This document shows positions 1 through 12,300 of a stretch of DNA of 64,000 nt, piece by piece; position 1 is the first letter of the stretch; the number at the start of each line of letters is the position of its first letter. The notes under the pieces are model-generated. The model was not told the DNA's origin. It worked only from the letters and a program-made list of their open reading frames with translations, and did no database searches. The translations under genes and the position numbers were made by a program. This DNA comes from Phyllobates terribilis (taxonomy: Eukaryota): positions 378,696,001 through 378,760,000 of the forward strand of contig NW_027362765.1 in assembly GCF_046119375.1 (NCBI RefSeq), in the 5' to 3' direction.

Positions 1-514
1 AATTGTAACAAAACCTCAGCTGTGCAAACAGTGCTAAATCAAGAGAGGAATCCATCCCTTGAATGGAAACGTGAATGTCTGCATTTGGTGACAACAAGCA
101 GAGATCTTTATCACAGTGAAGAAACTATATTAGAAAGTCCCATAACTATTCCTTACATCTTCATTTAACCAGATTGCAAAGGGCAGTTCCGCCTGTTTCC
201 CGGCCCTCGTCCGTCTCCTGCAGTCCCGTAGGCAATAAGTTTTAACTAAATGCCGGTATCAATCATTGACAGCGAGAGTCAAAACACGCCAGCCTGGAGA
301 ACATCACAAATCTCGCCCAAAATGTGATGGTGGGGCGCCGATGGCTCGTCATGACAGCCGGAGGTCTGCAGAAGACCCCTGTGCCTGTCATTGTGAATCT
401 CCGATGAGCCCTCATAAGAGATTGTGATTTTCTCTACACATATTTGGTATTGCTGCGTTCAGAATCGCCCGATCTATCAAAATATAAAGTAAATTAATCT
501 GATCGGTAAACGGC

Positions 515-1080
515 GTAACGAGAAAAAAAAATCAAAATGCCAGAATTACGTTTTTTGGTCGCCGCAACATTGCGATAAAATGCAATAACGGGTGATCAAA
601 AGATCGTATCAACCGCAAAATGGTAACAATAAAAACATCAGCTCAGGGCGCAAAAAACAAGCCCTCACCCGGCCCCAGATCCCGAAAAATTAAAATGTTA
701 CGGGTCTCAGAAAATGGTGACATAAGCGAAATTTTTTTCTTCTTACAAATGTCAGCATTTTTTTTTCACCAATTAAATGAACCTATACATGTTTGGTATC
801 AGCAAACTCATAATGACCTGGAGAATCATAACGGAAGGTCAGTTTTACCATATAGTGAACATTGTAAATAAAAAGCAAAAAAAAAAACACAATTGTGGAA
901 TTGCCCTTTCACAGCGCTTCATTTTTTTTCCCATTTTCCAGTATAATATATGGTAAAACGAATGGTTTCATTCAAAAGTACAACTCGTCCCGCAAAATAC
1001 AAGTCCTCACACGGCTATATTGACGGTAAAATAAAAAAGTTATGGCTCTTGGAAGAAGGGGAGGAAAAAAAACGAAAACG
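515..1080. repeat. Fragment of a non-autonomous DNA-transposon-like interspersed repeat
   Basis: A/T-tract-rich sequence resembling segments near 10.3, 22.3, 25.3 and 38.2 kb; family not verified. Confidence 0.35.
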
Positions 1081-1207
1081 GAAACTGGCAAGGTCATGGT
1101 GGAGTTAAATGAGGGGATTAGTCTGGTGGGATTTCTAATTTTTTGGGGTAATTTTTCATGTGTAATTGGGTTGGCTGTGGCTCTGCCACCTAGAGCGCAG
1201 ACACTAA

Positions 1208-1509
1208 GGGCCCGATTCATCAAAAAATGTCAAGACAGAATTCTGGAGTAAAAGTTTTGAGAAGTTGCAAAATTTAGGTGCAACTTGGCACTTTCACGCG
1301 TTTCTCCATTTTGGCGGCACTGGGACAATATGGGGGGCACGACGCCACAGCTGGTCTAATTCATGATGAGCTGCAGCGATCCCCCCGACTGGTCTGATTC
1401 CTGGCGCGGTGCTCGCCACTCGACAGAAGCTCCAGATTCATGAAGAGACGTCCGACTCCACCGCGGCCCTCAGTATGAACAATGCCGGTGGTCTTGATGA
1501 ATCGGACCC
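1208..1509. mobile_element. Harbinger-like MITE
   Basis: TIRs gggcccgattcatcaa / ttgatgaatcggaccc; TSD unclear. Confidence 0.6.
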
Positions 1510-1544
1510 GTAGGTATTTATTTCTTTGCCATCTGAAGTCTCAC

Positions 1545-4500
1545 CTTCTGCTCCTCGCCCTCTTTCTCAGCCCCCGGCTTGGAGTATTCACCAGATGACA
1601 GACCGTTGCCGAGCTTCGCTCTGTGGAAACATCACCGAGAATATTCATTTGATATCTTCTGAGACTGATAGCGCCCCCCGCCCTCTAGTCCCGGCATGGT
1701 CTCTCCGCACTACTTACACTTGGGTGTTGAAATCCTGCGTGGGATCAGCGGGCGCCTTATGGAATATTTGCTCCATTCGTTCCACGTATCTGTAAACGAT
1801 CAATGCGGAGAGTTACGCTGCATGTTAACCCCTGTGATGAGCAGATACATTTGCGTATACGGTATGTAACACGGCAAGTGACCGCCATGTCTTGCTGGGT
1901 CTGCCATGCTAGGGAGGCATACACTCCTATTCACTACGGGCGCTAAGACTGCGATAAAGGAGAAGACAGAAGTGGGATATAATCTTTCATCATCTCCTCA
2001 GGGAGGATCGCAGCCGATCTGCTCCAGATTGCAAGGCTTTACATGCTGTACATAGACGATGGTGGCGGGGACCATGTGTCGCAGACACTTACTTGCGCTG
2101 GAAGGCAGGAATACTGAACACGACCTGCATGGTGGAGTTGAGATAGCAGCTGTTGCCCAGATTGCGGATCCCGGTGTACCCGGGTCCATACAGGGGTTGC
2201 AGCTGGACCCCCGATTCCTGGATCAGCTCCCATTCTCCGATCCTCTGGTTCATATCAATTTCCAGCTCGGTCATCGTCTTGTCCGTCTAGGATCGGGAAG
2301 AGACGTTACGTGTGTACGGGAGGGACCGTGGGCCGGCGGGGGTATCCTCATGCGGCCACACTCACCTTCTGCATTTTCATCATGTCGATACCAAAGTGCG
2401 ATAGATGTTCGGCCAGGTTGGGGTCCAGGACCATGTCATCTTCATCATAGGAGTAGACATCTGATCGGGAACAATGAGGAGCAAAAAAGTGTCAATTTTT
2501 ACAACATCCGAGGGGATAAATACTTTCAGATTTTTTTTTCCTTTTATTAGCTCCAATGTATAGAAAGGAAAAGAAAACTTTGCAAATAGTCGGCATTAAA
2601 TATCACGGCATTTAGGTTGGGGTCAGAATTGTATTATTTTTGTGCTGGTTTAGCCTGATCTGATCAAAACTAAAGGGGGTGGAATCCATATTAATGAAGA
2701 AACTTTGCACATAGGCTTCATAAAATATCTTCTATCGTTTTGTGTACGCAGGTTCTATGCAACTCAATGTATCAGATAGAAGTACAGTAGCCGAGCAGCG
2801 ATACATGACTGCAGGATCGGACCAATAAACAATGAGAAGCGGGTCTTCATAAGAGCTGTATACACAAAACGGGAGAAGATATCTAATGAAACCTATGTGC
2901 AAAGTTTTTTCAGTTTGTCAATATGGTTGTCTAAGTCTTAAAGGGGTTGTCCGTTCCAAACCGATAAGTCTGCAGTCACTCTGAGTGACTGCAGACTTAT
3001 GAATCCCCCCAGCAGGCGCTCTGTATACTGCAGTGATTCGCTGGTTTCTGAGTAGGGACGGGAGGGTATGTATGACTTATATATACTCCCGGTCAGTGGG
3101 CGCGGCCTTGCTCCATACAATTGTACAGAGCGAGACCGCGACCCCTCTAGTGACGTGGACGGCCAGTGGGCGTGGCCGACTAGACGGAGCGGCCTCGCTC
3201 TATACAACTGTATGGAGTGAGGCCACTGGCCAAGAGTATGTATAAGTCACTCATACCCTCCGGTCCTGACTCAGGAACCAGTGAATTCTCGCTGCGGGGA
3301 TTCATAAGTAGTCACTCAGAGTGACTGCAGACTTATCGGTATTGGACCGGACAATCCCTTTAATATTCTGAGCCCGGCCTAAATCCTGCAAAGTGACTGA
3401 TTGAGCTTGTGTAAAATGGAATAAAAAAACCTCACCTCCTCCATCTGGAGTGATGGTGCCCAGTTTGACAGCCAGCGGGTACCCGGTCTCTCTGTAATGC
3501 TGCACCGCGTGGTTATTCCCTCCGCTGCCGTCAAAGTATCGTCTGCCGCAGAGGATCGCTCCGTCTGTCATATTGAGCCACAGGTTCTCCCGCAGGTCGC
3601 ACACGCTGCACTTCCAACCACTGGTGGAAACAGTCAACAGGCAGGGAAGTGAATGAAGGCAAATCTTAAATAGCAGGATGGAGAACATTCAAAAGGTTTT
3701 GTAAGAGAAAAGGCAGAATAATGAAGTCTCTGATCTCATCTTCATATGATACAGTTCCCATTCAGAGCTGTTGCTCTCGGAGGTCCTGAGACCACCAACA
3801 ATTTAACATTCAGCTTATTAATGAGTGGTGTATGCAGGCTCAATAGAAAAATCTATGGATCTGTACTCGCGCTCAAGGATAATCTGAGCGACGAGCGGGT
3901 GGTCTTAGTACGCAGATTATCACAGATGAACCCATTACCTATTCAGTGCAGAGGACACGGATGTTTCTAGCTGGAATACCCCTTTAATTCCCTCCCTAAT
4001 GGGAATACATCACTGCCAAGGTGTAAGGTGTCATTAGGGGCGAGACGTCCGCAACGTCCATGCGTCATATGGTTATAGTCATGTGCCACCGCAGAAAAAG
4101 GTGGATGCTGAGGAGACCACCAGCAAGGGGATAAAAGAAGGGGCAAGTTTTAAACCTGCAGTAAAGTTAGATAGAAACTTTTTAATAAACAACCGGTCTG
4201 GATTCTGCAAAGTTTGTAGAGGAGCAAATGTAAGATTGCAAATCCTGGACAACTTGTCATATGTGGGAGTCAGGTGAATGAGGAGCCGTCCTGGGCGTCA
4301 TCACCCGCATCTCCACTGCTAGGTGCAAATAAAAAAGAAGCCTCCATTCCTGACTGTTGCATATCAGTCAGAATGATGAAAGTATCGGCCCCTTCAGACT
4401 AAAGGTACAATGGTAAGATCTTATCAGGAGTAAATCACTTACCAAGGAGGGATGCGGGGAGCCCCCTCAAGCTGCTGGAGGCTGAAGGCGTGCTTAGAGA

Positions 4501-7500
4501 CCTGTCTCACCTCCCCATCCCACGCCTGAATCTCCTGCTTACGGGATGCAGAGTCAGCGGCTAAGATGGCATCGATGGCAGACGATACCTGAGAGATGCA
4601 GGAAAATGGAGTGAGGTGAAGAAGACGACAACGATGGGCAACAGGAAAGGTGCAAGACAACAAAACCATCCCAAAAGGTTCACATGTCTGTCCCCACCAC
4701 CCCACACACACACCTCAGATTACCCACCCGGTCCTTGACCATCTCTGGGAGTCCCAATAGTCCTTCCCGCTGAATCTCCAGGAACTCGGGCAGAATGACC
4801 AACTTCACCTCTTCATCATACTCACATTGCTCGTCAGACATGTCAAATCCGCCCTCCATCCCTAAAGAAAAGGCGAGACGCAGGGGGTAAGAGAGCGATG
4901 GAGGATATCGGGATACGGAGCGCGGATCAGCTTGTTTTTATGGCTCCTTCACTAACGTGCATTTTCCTAATGCAGGCAGGTGGTACTTTCAAGGGTTTGT
5001 CCAGGACTTCTGGTATTATCAGATCGGTGGGGGTCCAACACCCGGCCGCCGTTTGCAGCTCCTGTTACAGCTGGATGGACACAGAAGTGGAACAGCACAG
5101 CGCCGTACACTGGATTGTGACCATTCTTGGGTATTGCAACTCAGCTCCCATTGAAGTGAATGTGTCTGAGCTGCAGTACCCGAGACGGCCACCACATGGT
5201 GAATGGAGCTGAGCTGTCCTAGGTCTGCACACAGTTTACATCAGGCCCTAGTGGGAGCTCTGTATAGATCATTGATATATATATGTCCTGGACAACACAT
5301 TTAAAAGGGATTTTCCAGATTGGAAAAACCCTGTCACCCACGCTAAACAAAAACAGAGCTGTGCTCACTCTCCCCAGGTCCTACCAATGCTGTCCTCACT
5401 CTCCAGGTCCTGCACTGAGTCTATACCGCTGCTCCCAGTATCTGTTATTCATGTTGATACCACTGTAGTTACTCAGCGAGCTTGGCATCTCCGTACGAGC
5501 CACTGCACTTACTGATTGGCTGCAGCGCTTTTGATGTGAATAACAAACCCCGGGAGCTGCAGTGTATTCATTTCCAGCTATGGATTCTTTTCATTTCATT
5601 TTTTAGTAATCTGCAGCCGGGAGAGAGGAGCGCTCCGAAACCGGAAAACCCTCTTTAATGCTTTTAGCAAAATATTACTACACGGCGTCTTTGCTTTTTT
5701 TAGTGGTTTATTTAAGGGTCAGTGATGTTTTATTTATTTTTTTAATGCAGCTCTGGTTGTGGGGTTTTTCTCATTGCCTTTTCCATAGGACTGTGCAAAA
5801 CAATACTACAAAATTTTTGCCACCAAAAAGAATTTTGGGTAAAAAAAAAAAAACCATTAACAGAAAGAAAAAATCCGCAAGGTTTTATTTTGATTGAAAC
5901 CAACAAAGTATGTAAAAGTATAAGGTGCAGATCAGGAGCAGCCGTTATGAGGGGGAGAGGGTGGCATTACTTCCAGGCAGGTTAATGATTTAGAAGATCA
6001 TACCTATGGCGAGACGGGTGGGCTTCTTACGAGGGGGGTCTCCTGTATTGGAACTGGAGTCTTCGGATTTCTGTGGGAAAAAAGAACAAAACAAGATTGG
6101 CCATCAGGGGAGGATCGTGTGGTTCAGCTCTGGTCCCTGCCCATATCCACTGGGTTAGTATAAAGGGAGTATGTCAGTGCACAATGACTGTTCAAACCAA
6201 GCACCCATGACGTGGCCAGTAAGTGCACAGCACTTTCCTCCAAGTTGTTTTCCCCTCTATGTCCAATATCCTCTGACTTCATAGCGGTCAATCAAGGAAG
6301 ACGGAGATAGATGGAAAACATGTAGGTGGGAAGGTGCATCGAGTGCCTGTGAGAGGTCTGAACAGTCATTTTGTGCGAGGTCTGAACAGTCATTCTGAGC
6401 AGACAGACTCCCTTTAATACATCACACAGATGATCTAATGTAAAGATGTTTCCCCTTTAAATGTAAGCACGCACTTCCATTACCGGTTTGGGGGTCCTCT
6501 TCAGGTGCAGGAATGCTCTCTGGCCGGTCTTCTCAAAGTGTTTTTCTACGTACTGTCTGCCAAACCCCAGGAAGGTATACATGCAGATATATAGTCCGCC
6601 ATCGGTCTCCTGCAACACAAGATGTCATCATTGAGGGGAGGATTACATTCACCGGGGAGGGGTTCCTGTGTTGTTACACAAAATCTCCTGAGCGCTTATT
6701 ACAAGATAGAAAGACTGGGAGGAAGTTATAACAAGTACATAAAAAAAAGTTAAAAAAAGTTTCTTCATGGCCAGATCTATTTTCTGGAAGTTATGGGCCC
6801 TGCTGAGATATTCTGATGGTCCGGGTCAGATTCTTGTCAGTGCCGTCATGAAGATCCAAACGACCATTGGCATCAATGTCCACACATCACAGCCAATAAT
6901 AACCCAGGGAACACGAGGGGCTGATTAAGGTATATAGAGTCATAGAAAAGTGGAGTTGGAAGGGACCTCCAGGGTCATCGTGTCCAACCCCCTGCTCACT
7001 GCAGGATTCACTAAACTATCTCAGACAGATGTCTGTCTGAGAATCTACTGTTCTCTTATGTCAGCACTTAATAGATTTTCACACTTTACAACAAGCCAAT
7101 AATGGGTGCGTCCTGTTATAGTGACAGGCGGCTCCATCACAGACCCTAAGGCCCGTGTATAAGAATGTTAATTAATCTCTTAGGAGGGTGTGCACAACCC
7201 AGATTTGCAATGAAAAATCACAAAATAAATCTGCACAGATAATTTTGCAAATTTCCCTGTAGAAAGTAAAAAAAAATTAAAAAAAAAAGTTTTAAAAAAC
7301 ACCATAATCACCTCTCATTTTTTCTATTTTTCTGATGTTTCCTCACACGACTGTTGTATTCTCAGCAGATTGCAGTGATAGTGCCCGTGTGTGGACGATA
7401 CCAGTTTCTATAAGTCTGCGTTCAGACATCCGTGTAAGCGGACACGCGTCTCCCGACCCGAGGGTGACACTTTCATAGAACCTCGGTCATCAACGATTTT

Positions 7501-9008
7501 CATGGATGTCTGAAGGAGTCCTAAGGCTGAGGACGCAACTAATGCAGCCAAAGATAGCTTTACATCACAGCAAATGCAAGTGAATGGGGTTGCATCGCAA
7601 TCAGCAATGCACTGCGCACCAACTGGTTCAAGTGTTTGCGACTTATTTGCTGCATTTTACCTTACCTCATTCATTTGCAGCAATGCCTCATTGATGTAGC
7701 AGCAGCTGACAGCGATCTCTGGACGTGTCAAGGCCAAAGTCGCTGTGACGCTCCAGCCTAAACCGCATGCATTGTGTATTTAGTAACATGGGCCAGCGGT
7801 GCTCAGCGCCATTAGATTAAATGACGGTTACCCTTTAAATGTATAATCCCGTCTACACAGGTGAATATTGTCGGATACAGATCGCAAATACAAACTATTT
7901 TGTTATTTACTATTTATTAAAATTTGCAGCCGTTCTTGCAATATTACCACTTTGGTTTACTACACGTTGCCTTGGAGACCGACCACCGCTGCTAGACAGA
8001 ACCTTCGCAGCGTTTACCGGCTCTTTTCTACTGAGCTTGAAAACAACTGTTTTGAAGTCGGTCCTATGGGACTTTCGGACCCCTGTGATCACAAGAATAG
8101 GGGTCCGAATTGCTGCGCATGTGCGACCATCGCTCTTACAGACCCCTATGGGACTTTCGGACCCCTGTGATCACAAGGACAGGGGTCCGGATTGCTGCGC
8201 ATGTGCGACCATCGCTCTTACAGACCCCTATGGGACTTTCGGACCCCGGCGATCACAAGAATAGGGGTCCGGATTGCTACGCATGTGTGACCATCGCTCT
8301 TACAGACCCCTATGATCACAAGGACAGTGGTCCGGATTGCTGCGCATATGAGACCATCGCTCTTACAGACCCCTATGGGACTTTCGGACCCCTGTGATCA
8401 CAAGAATAGGGGTCTGGATTGCTACGCATGTGTGACCATCACTCTTACAGACCCCTTTGATCACAAGGACAGTGGTCCGGATTATTGCGCATATGCGACC
8501 ATCACTCTTACAGACCCCTATGGGACTTTTGGACCCCTGTGATTACCAGGACAGGGGGTCCAGATTGTGAATGGAGCGGTTGTGCACATGCTTGATCCCC
8601 TCTGGGTCTGTAGGGCTGGTGTTCACGCATGCGCACGACCACTCCACTCCCTTTCCGTTCTTACGGGGGGTTCCCAACAGTCGGAGCCCAAGGGACTTTA
8701 CATACCACATGTCCCAAGCCCCTTCAACCAATAAAAGGGGGCAATAAAGCTCCATCACACAGTGCAGCAGACATGATGGGTCACACAGCCCCCCACTGTG
8801 CCCCCTCAGGTCTGTGCGGCCCCATATTCATACAGGGGACGACGACACATCTACTGATGGTGACAAAGCACAGGCACAAAGGACTGAGGACCACATATAC
8901 CGGTGTATGGAAGGAGAAGGCACACTCATCCTTGTGTACTCGGTCCCCAGCCCTGGGCAACCGGATAGTCGGCAGGATAGACAGCAGCGTATCTTTCACA
9001 TCCACCAT
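1545..9008 (-). CDS. USP5: Ubiquitin carboxyl-terminal hydrolase 5 (isopeptidase T), 5' part; 3' exons lie beyond the left edge
   Basis: Exons (-): 8901-9008, 6484-6609, 6004-6070, 4728-4861, 4443-4588, 3436-3620, 2366-2460, 2093-2286, 1718-1789, 1545-1620. All GT-AG and in phase. Translation includes [11 protein letters not shown], the ZnF-UBP ([39 protein letters not shown]) and the catalytic Cys box [16 protein letters not shown]5 is preferred over USP13 by sequence and CDCA3/GNB3 synteny. Confidence 0.97.
2942..3359. mobile_element. T2/Kolobok-type palindromic MITE
   Basis: TTAA on both sides (2938-2941, 3360-3363), AGGG termini, and arms complementary over most of the length. Confidence 0.85.
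8063..8542. repeat. 82/63-bp minisatellite in USP5 intron 1
   Basis: Unit starts at 8063, 8145, 8227, 8309, 8372, 8454 and 8517. Confidence 0.95.
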
Positions 9009-9039
9009 GACTCCGGTTCCTGGAGGAGGACAGTGACAA

Positions 9040-9215
9040 GGCTCCGTTTCCGCTTCCGGCGACAATCTGTCCTCTGGCCTCACAGTCTCACTGGTGAACG
9101 GGGCGCGAGAGGGCAAAAGGCGCATGCGCGGGAAACAATGACAGCGCAGAGCCTTCCAATGGGTTACTGCGCAGGCGCCGTCATGCAGCAGACAGTCACT
9201 TGTCGGCCATGATTG
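9040..9215 (-). promoter_or_regulatory. USP5 housekeeping-type promoter/5'UTR
   Basis: CpG-rich patch just upstream of the ATG, with an ETS site (cttccgg, 9053-9059) and a perfect NRF1 palindrome (gcgcatgcgc, 9120-9129). Confidence 0.7.
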
Positions 9216-10474
9216 AAGAGGGCAAAAAAAAAAGGGGTTTCACCTCCACAAAATGGGAAATATGAAATAACCATTGATAGAGATAAGAGTTTATGTGAAA
9301 TAGCAGAACAGAGAGCCTTATTTATGAAATCTGAAAGAAATTACAAAAAAAAAATCTTGTTGCCCATAGCAACCGATCAACAATCGACTTTCTTTCTTAA
9401 AGTACAGTGTAGGAAGCGATGTGATTGGTTGCTAGGATTATTTTAATTTTTTGTTTTAGACAGCTTTATAAATCACCCAAATTTATACAGGTGCAGTAAT
9501 AACGAAGGAGTAAATTTATCAAGGCGCGTTAAGGTAGGATGTAAACAAATGTATTTAATATATATGGCGCATAGGAGGGCCGTCCATGTGCCACAGAAAC
9601 CGATGCGATGTGGTGGAGATTCACGCCATAGTTTACAACAATTGCTGGAGTAAATGATGGCGGATCAGACGATGTGGCCTACCACGCCCATCTCATAAAA
9701 CAAAATGGACAACAATAAATTCCCTCCATAACTGGGAAAACTTTCCGTATTATGAGCTCCAATAAGACGGAGTTCACACTTGCTTTTCTGAGGAGTTTTT
9801 TTTTGAGCCGATCCTCCTCACAAGCGGCTTCAAAAACGCCTGGAAAACTGTTCCTATATATTTCTTTGCCACTTTACTGTTGATATGAGGAGTTTATTGA
9901 ACTTTTTTTTTTTCATTCCTGAAGAGGTTTTGTAGAATGCCTGATAGAAAAAAAGAAAGTGTCACGTCTGTGAAGAGGATCCTGATGGCATCTGCTCCAA
10001 ATTAGGAACTGTCCAATCCAAAGGCTGCAAAGAATGATGCAGGTCAAAAAAATCCTCCCAGAACTCTTCAGGAAGAGAAAAAAATCATCCAAAAACTGCA
10101 AAATTGTCTACGGCCTGTATGGAGGGGACTCAGCCTCCTTCACACGCTGTCAGTGGTGTAACTAGAGTCCGATGGGGCCCGATGCAAGATTTTATTTCCG
10201 CAGTGAAAATACGCGGCATCAAAAACTCATTGAGGGAACTTAACCTAACGCAGCCGGCCTCTGAATTGCAACGGCTGTTTTTATTGATAACATTTTGGGG
10301 TACATAAATTTTGATGGCTTTTTATTGTGGAGGTGTGGCAACCAAAAAACAGCAATGGTGGCATTCCAAATTTGTTTACCGCATGGGTTTAATAATTTTA
10401 GATTTTGATAGATGGGATTTAGGGAACTGTACCCTGCGACAATCTGATTGCTTTCTCTTTATTATGCAATACTG

Positions 10475-10561
10475 CTAGGATTGTGTTAGGATTAGGGTTA
10501 AGGTTAGGATTAGGGTTGTGTTAGGGTTAGGATTAGGGTTATGGTTAGGGTTGGGCTAGGG
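10475..10561 (+). repeat. Degenerate telomere-like (TTAGGG) tract
   Basis: Five exact TTAGGG plus variants. Confidence 0.75.
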
Positions 10562-10904
10562 ATTTTTTTCAAAAGTAAAACATAAAAATGCTGACGACAT
10601 GGCGACTAGTGTTGAGCGCAAGTGCTCGCTACTAGAGTTTGCATTGGGTGCTCGAGTATGCACCAACTAAGAATGGGCCGCTCCTGGGCCAGTGTTGCGT
10701 GTTTGCCCCCCCAGTCCAAAATTTGCCAGCCAGCCCCTGCTGCAGTATTGTAATATATATGTTTAACGTATGGAGAAAAATTACGGCCTCCTATGAAGCC
10801 CCTGCTGCCATAGCAATTCATCAGCTACTTACTATTGCATCAAAATGGGGGACTGAAGGGTGCATTGAAGAGCTTGCTACCCAGACCACTATAGTGACAT
10901 TTAA

Positions 10905-10968
10905 GGGGTTGTCCCCATTCAGAAAAACTGTTCCAGGCACCAGGAGTTTCTGAAGAGGGACAACCTCT
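10905..10968. mobile_element. Ultra-short T2-like element, TIRs only
   Basis: TTAA-ggggttgtccc...gggacaacctct-TTAA. Confidence 0.55.
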
Positions 10969-11196
10969 TTAAGGGTTTAACAGCAGTAATTGGAGCACAG
11001 CCAGTTACACAGCCGGTATCTGCCGGATACAGTTTGGGCTCTGCTCTGTGTATACCAACTCCTGACTTGTGCCGTATAAGTACTGTGGATGTCAGGAAGG
11101 GGTTAGAAATCTCCATTCTTGACAGAGGAGAGGATTTTTACTAAGTAAGTTGGAAAGTTGCTAGTTTTTACATGCACTTTGCAATTTTAACTATTA

Positions 11197-11410
11197 GGCC
11201 ACGGCCCCACTATCAGTATTCGGTCAGTATTCGATCAGTATTTTTTCTCAGGAGTGGGAGCCAAAACCAGGTGAGGAACAATCAGAGAAAAGGTAGAATA
11301 GAAACAAGTCACCAAGTCTGCATTTATCACTCACTCCTGGTTTTGTCTCCCACTCCTGAGAAAATATACTGACCGAATACTGATCAAATACTGATAGTGG
11401 GGCTGTGGCC
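11197..11410. mobile_element. Harbinger-type MITE
   Basis: About 75-bp TIRs (ggccacggccccactatcagtatt...) with a TTA target-site duplication on both sides. Confidence 0.85.
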
Positions 11411-11996
11411 TTAATGACCACCAGACAAGCCGTTTAAGGGCAATGGGTCTGGTTTGGTTCACGTGTGAATTGATTGCACCTGATCTGTATGTAAATTCTT
11501 CTGTGTTTTCACTGATTCTCATATGAAAAGGTGGAAAGATGCTAAATAGGAGAAATAACAATACGGGAGGGATCCATCTCATGTCGCCACTTGGCTGCTA
11601 CATCACAGACTATCAGGTCTCTGAGCGGAGTTCATGTTTAAAAAGAAATCCTTTCACTGCCAGCAAGCAGAGCTCTTGACAAAGTGGAGAATCACAGGAA
11701 GGGTGATTATGGATCCACATACATTATACCTGCAGCAATCAGAAGACTTTTCCATGATCATTACAACCTATGAAAATGAATAAAGAGGCCACCTGCTGTG
11801 CAGAGCATTCTGTGCCCCAAATACTGCAGGGTAATTGCTCAGTCTGTTGCCCACCATTGCCCATAGTAATTGACAAATCACAGCTGTTTATTAATCTCCA
11901 TCATGTGACACGATCCACGTGACCACACATATGTCTGCACTGTAGCAGCCATTTTGTTGACTATCACCTTACATACTATTAATTATTGTCTCTGCC

Positions 11997-12225
11997 AAAA
12001 TGGCCGCCGTCGCCTGAGGGGAAGTTAGCGCGCTCTACTTTCTGTGAGACAATGGAATTCAACCAATCATTTTTCAAAGCTGTTACCATGACATTTAAAT
12101 TAGCCAATCAGTTAGCTAAGTGAATCAAGTTGATTAGTGGAAATAAGGGGCGGGATGTTTTCCCCTCCGACCAATTAGCGATGGTGATACTTGTGATTGG
12201 CTGAGGCGATCAGTTTGAATGTTGC
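11997..12225 (+). promoter_or_regulatory. CDCA3 G2/M promoter (NF-Y CCAAT boxes, GC box, CDE/CHR)
   Basis: CCAAT at 12063, 12104 and 12171, ATTGG at 12196; GC box at 12147-12154; CHR TTTGAA at 12214-12219 with a CDE-like aggcga exactly 4 nt upstream; YY1-like aaaatggccgcc at 11997. Confidence 0.8.
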
Positions 12226-12234
12226 GGTTAGAAC

Positions 12235-12300
12235 GTTGTTGGCTCAGTAGATGCCGGATGGTGCTGGAGACCGGGAGTGCGGTCAGTGCGGAGCTGGGAC
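12235..12300 (+). other. CDCA3: CDCA3 non-coding exon 1 (start approximate)
   Basis: Follows the CHR promoter and ends at donor GTGAGT (12301). Exon 2 acceptor ctcag| is at 14627, 30 nt before the ATG. Confidence 0.7.

Noticed and set aside
1-1544. USP5 exon 11 (expected GIAPRMFK...QQDAQEF-like)
   Set aside because: Not found by eye, so the gene is reported as truncated by the window edge.
7839-8542. Several ORFs of 76-141 aa with repeated peptides
   Set aside because: Products of the 82/63-bp minisatellite.
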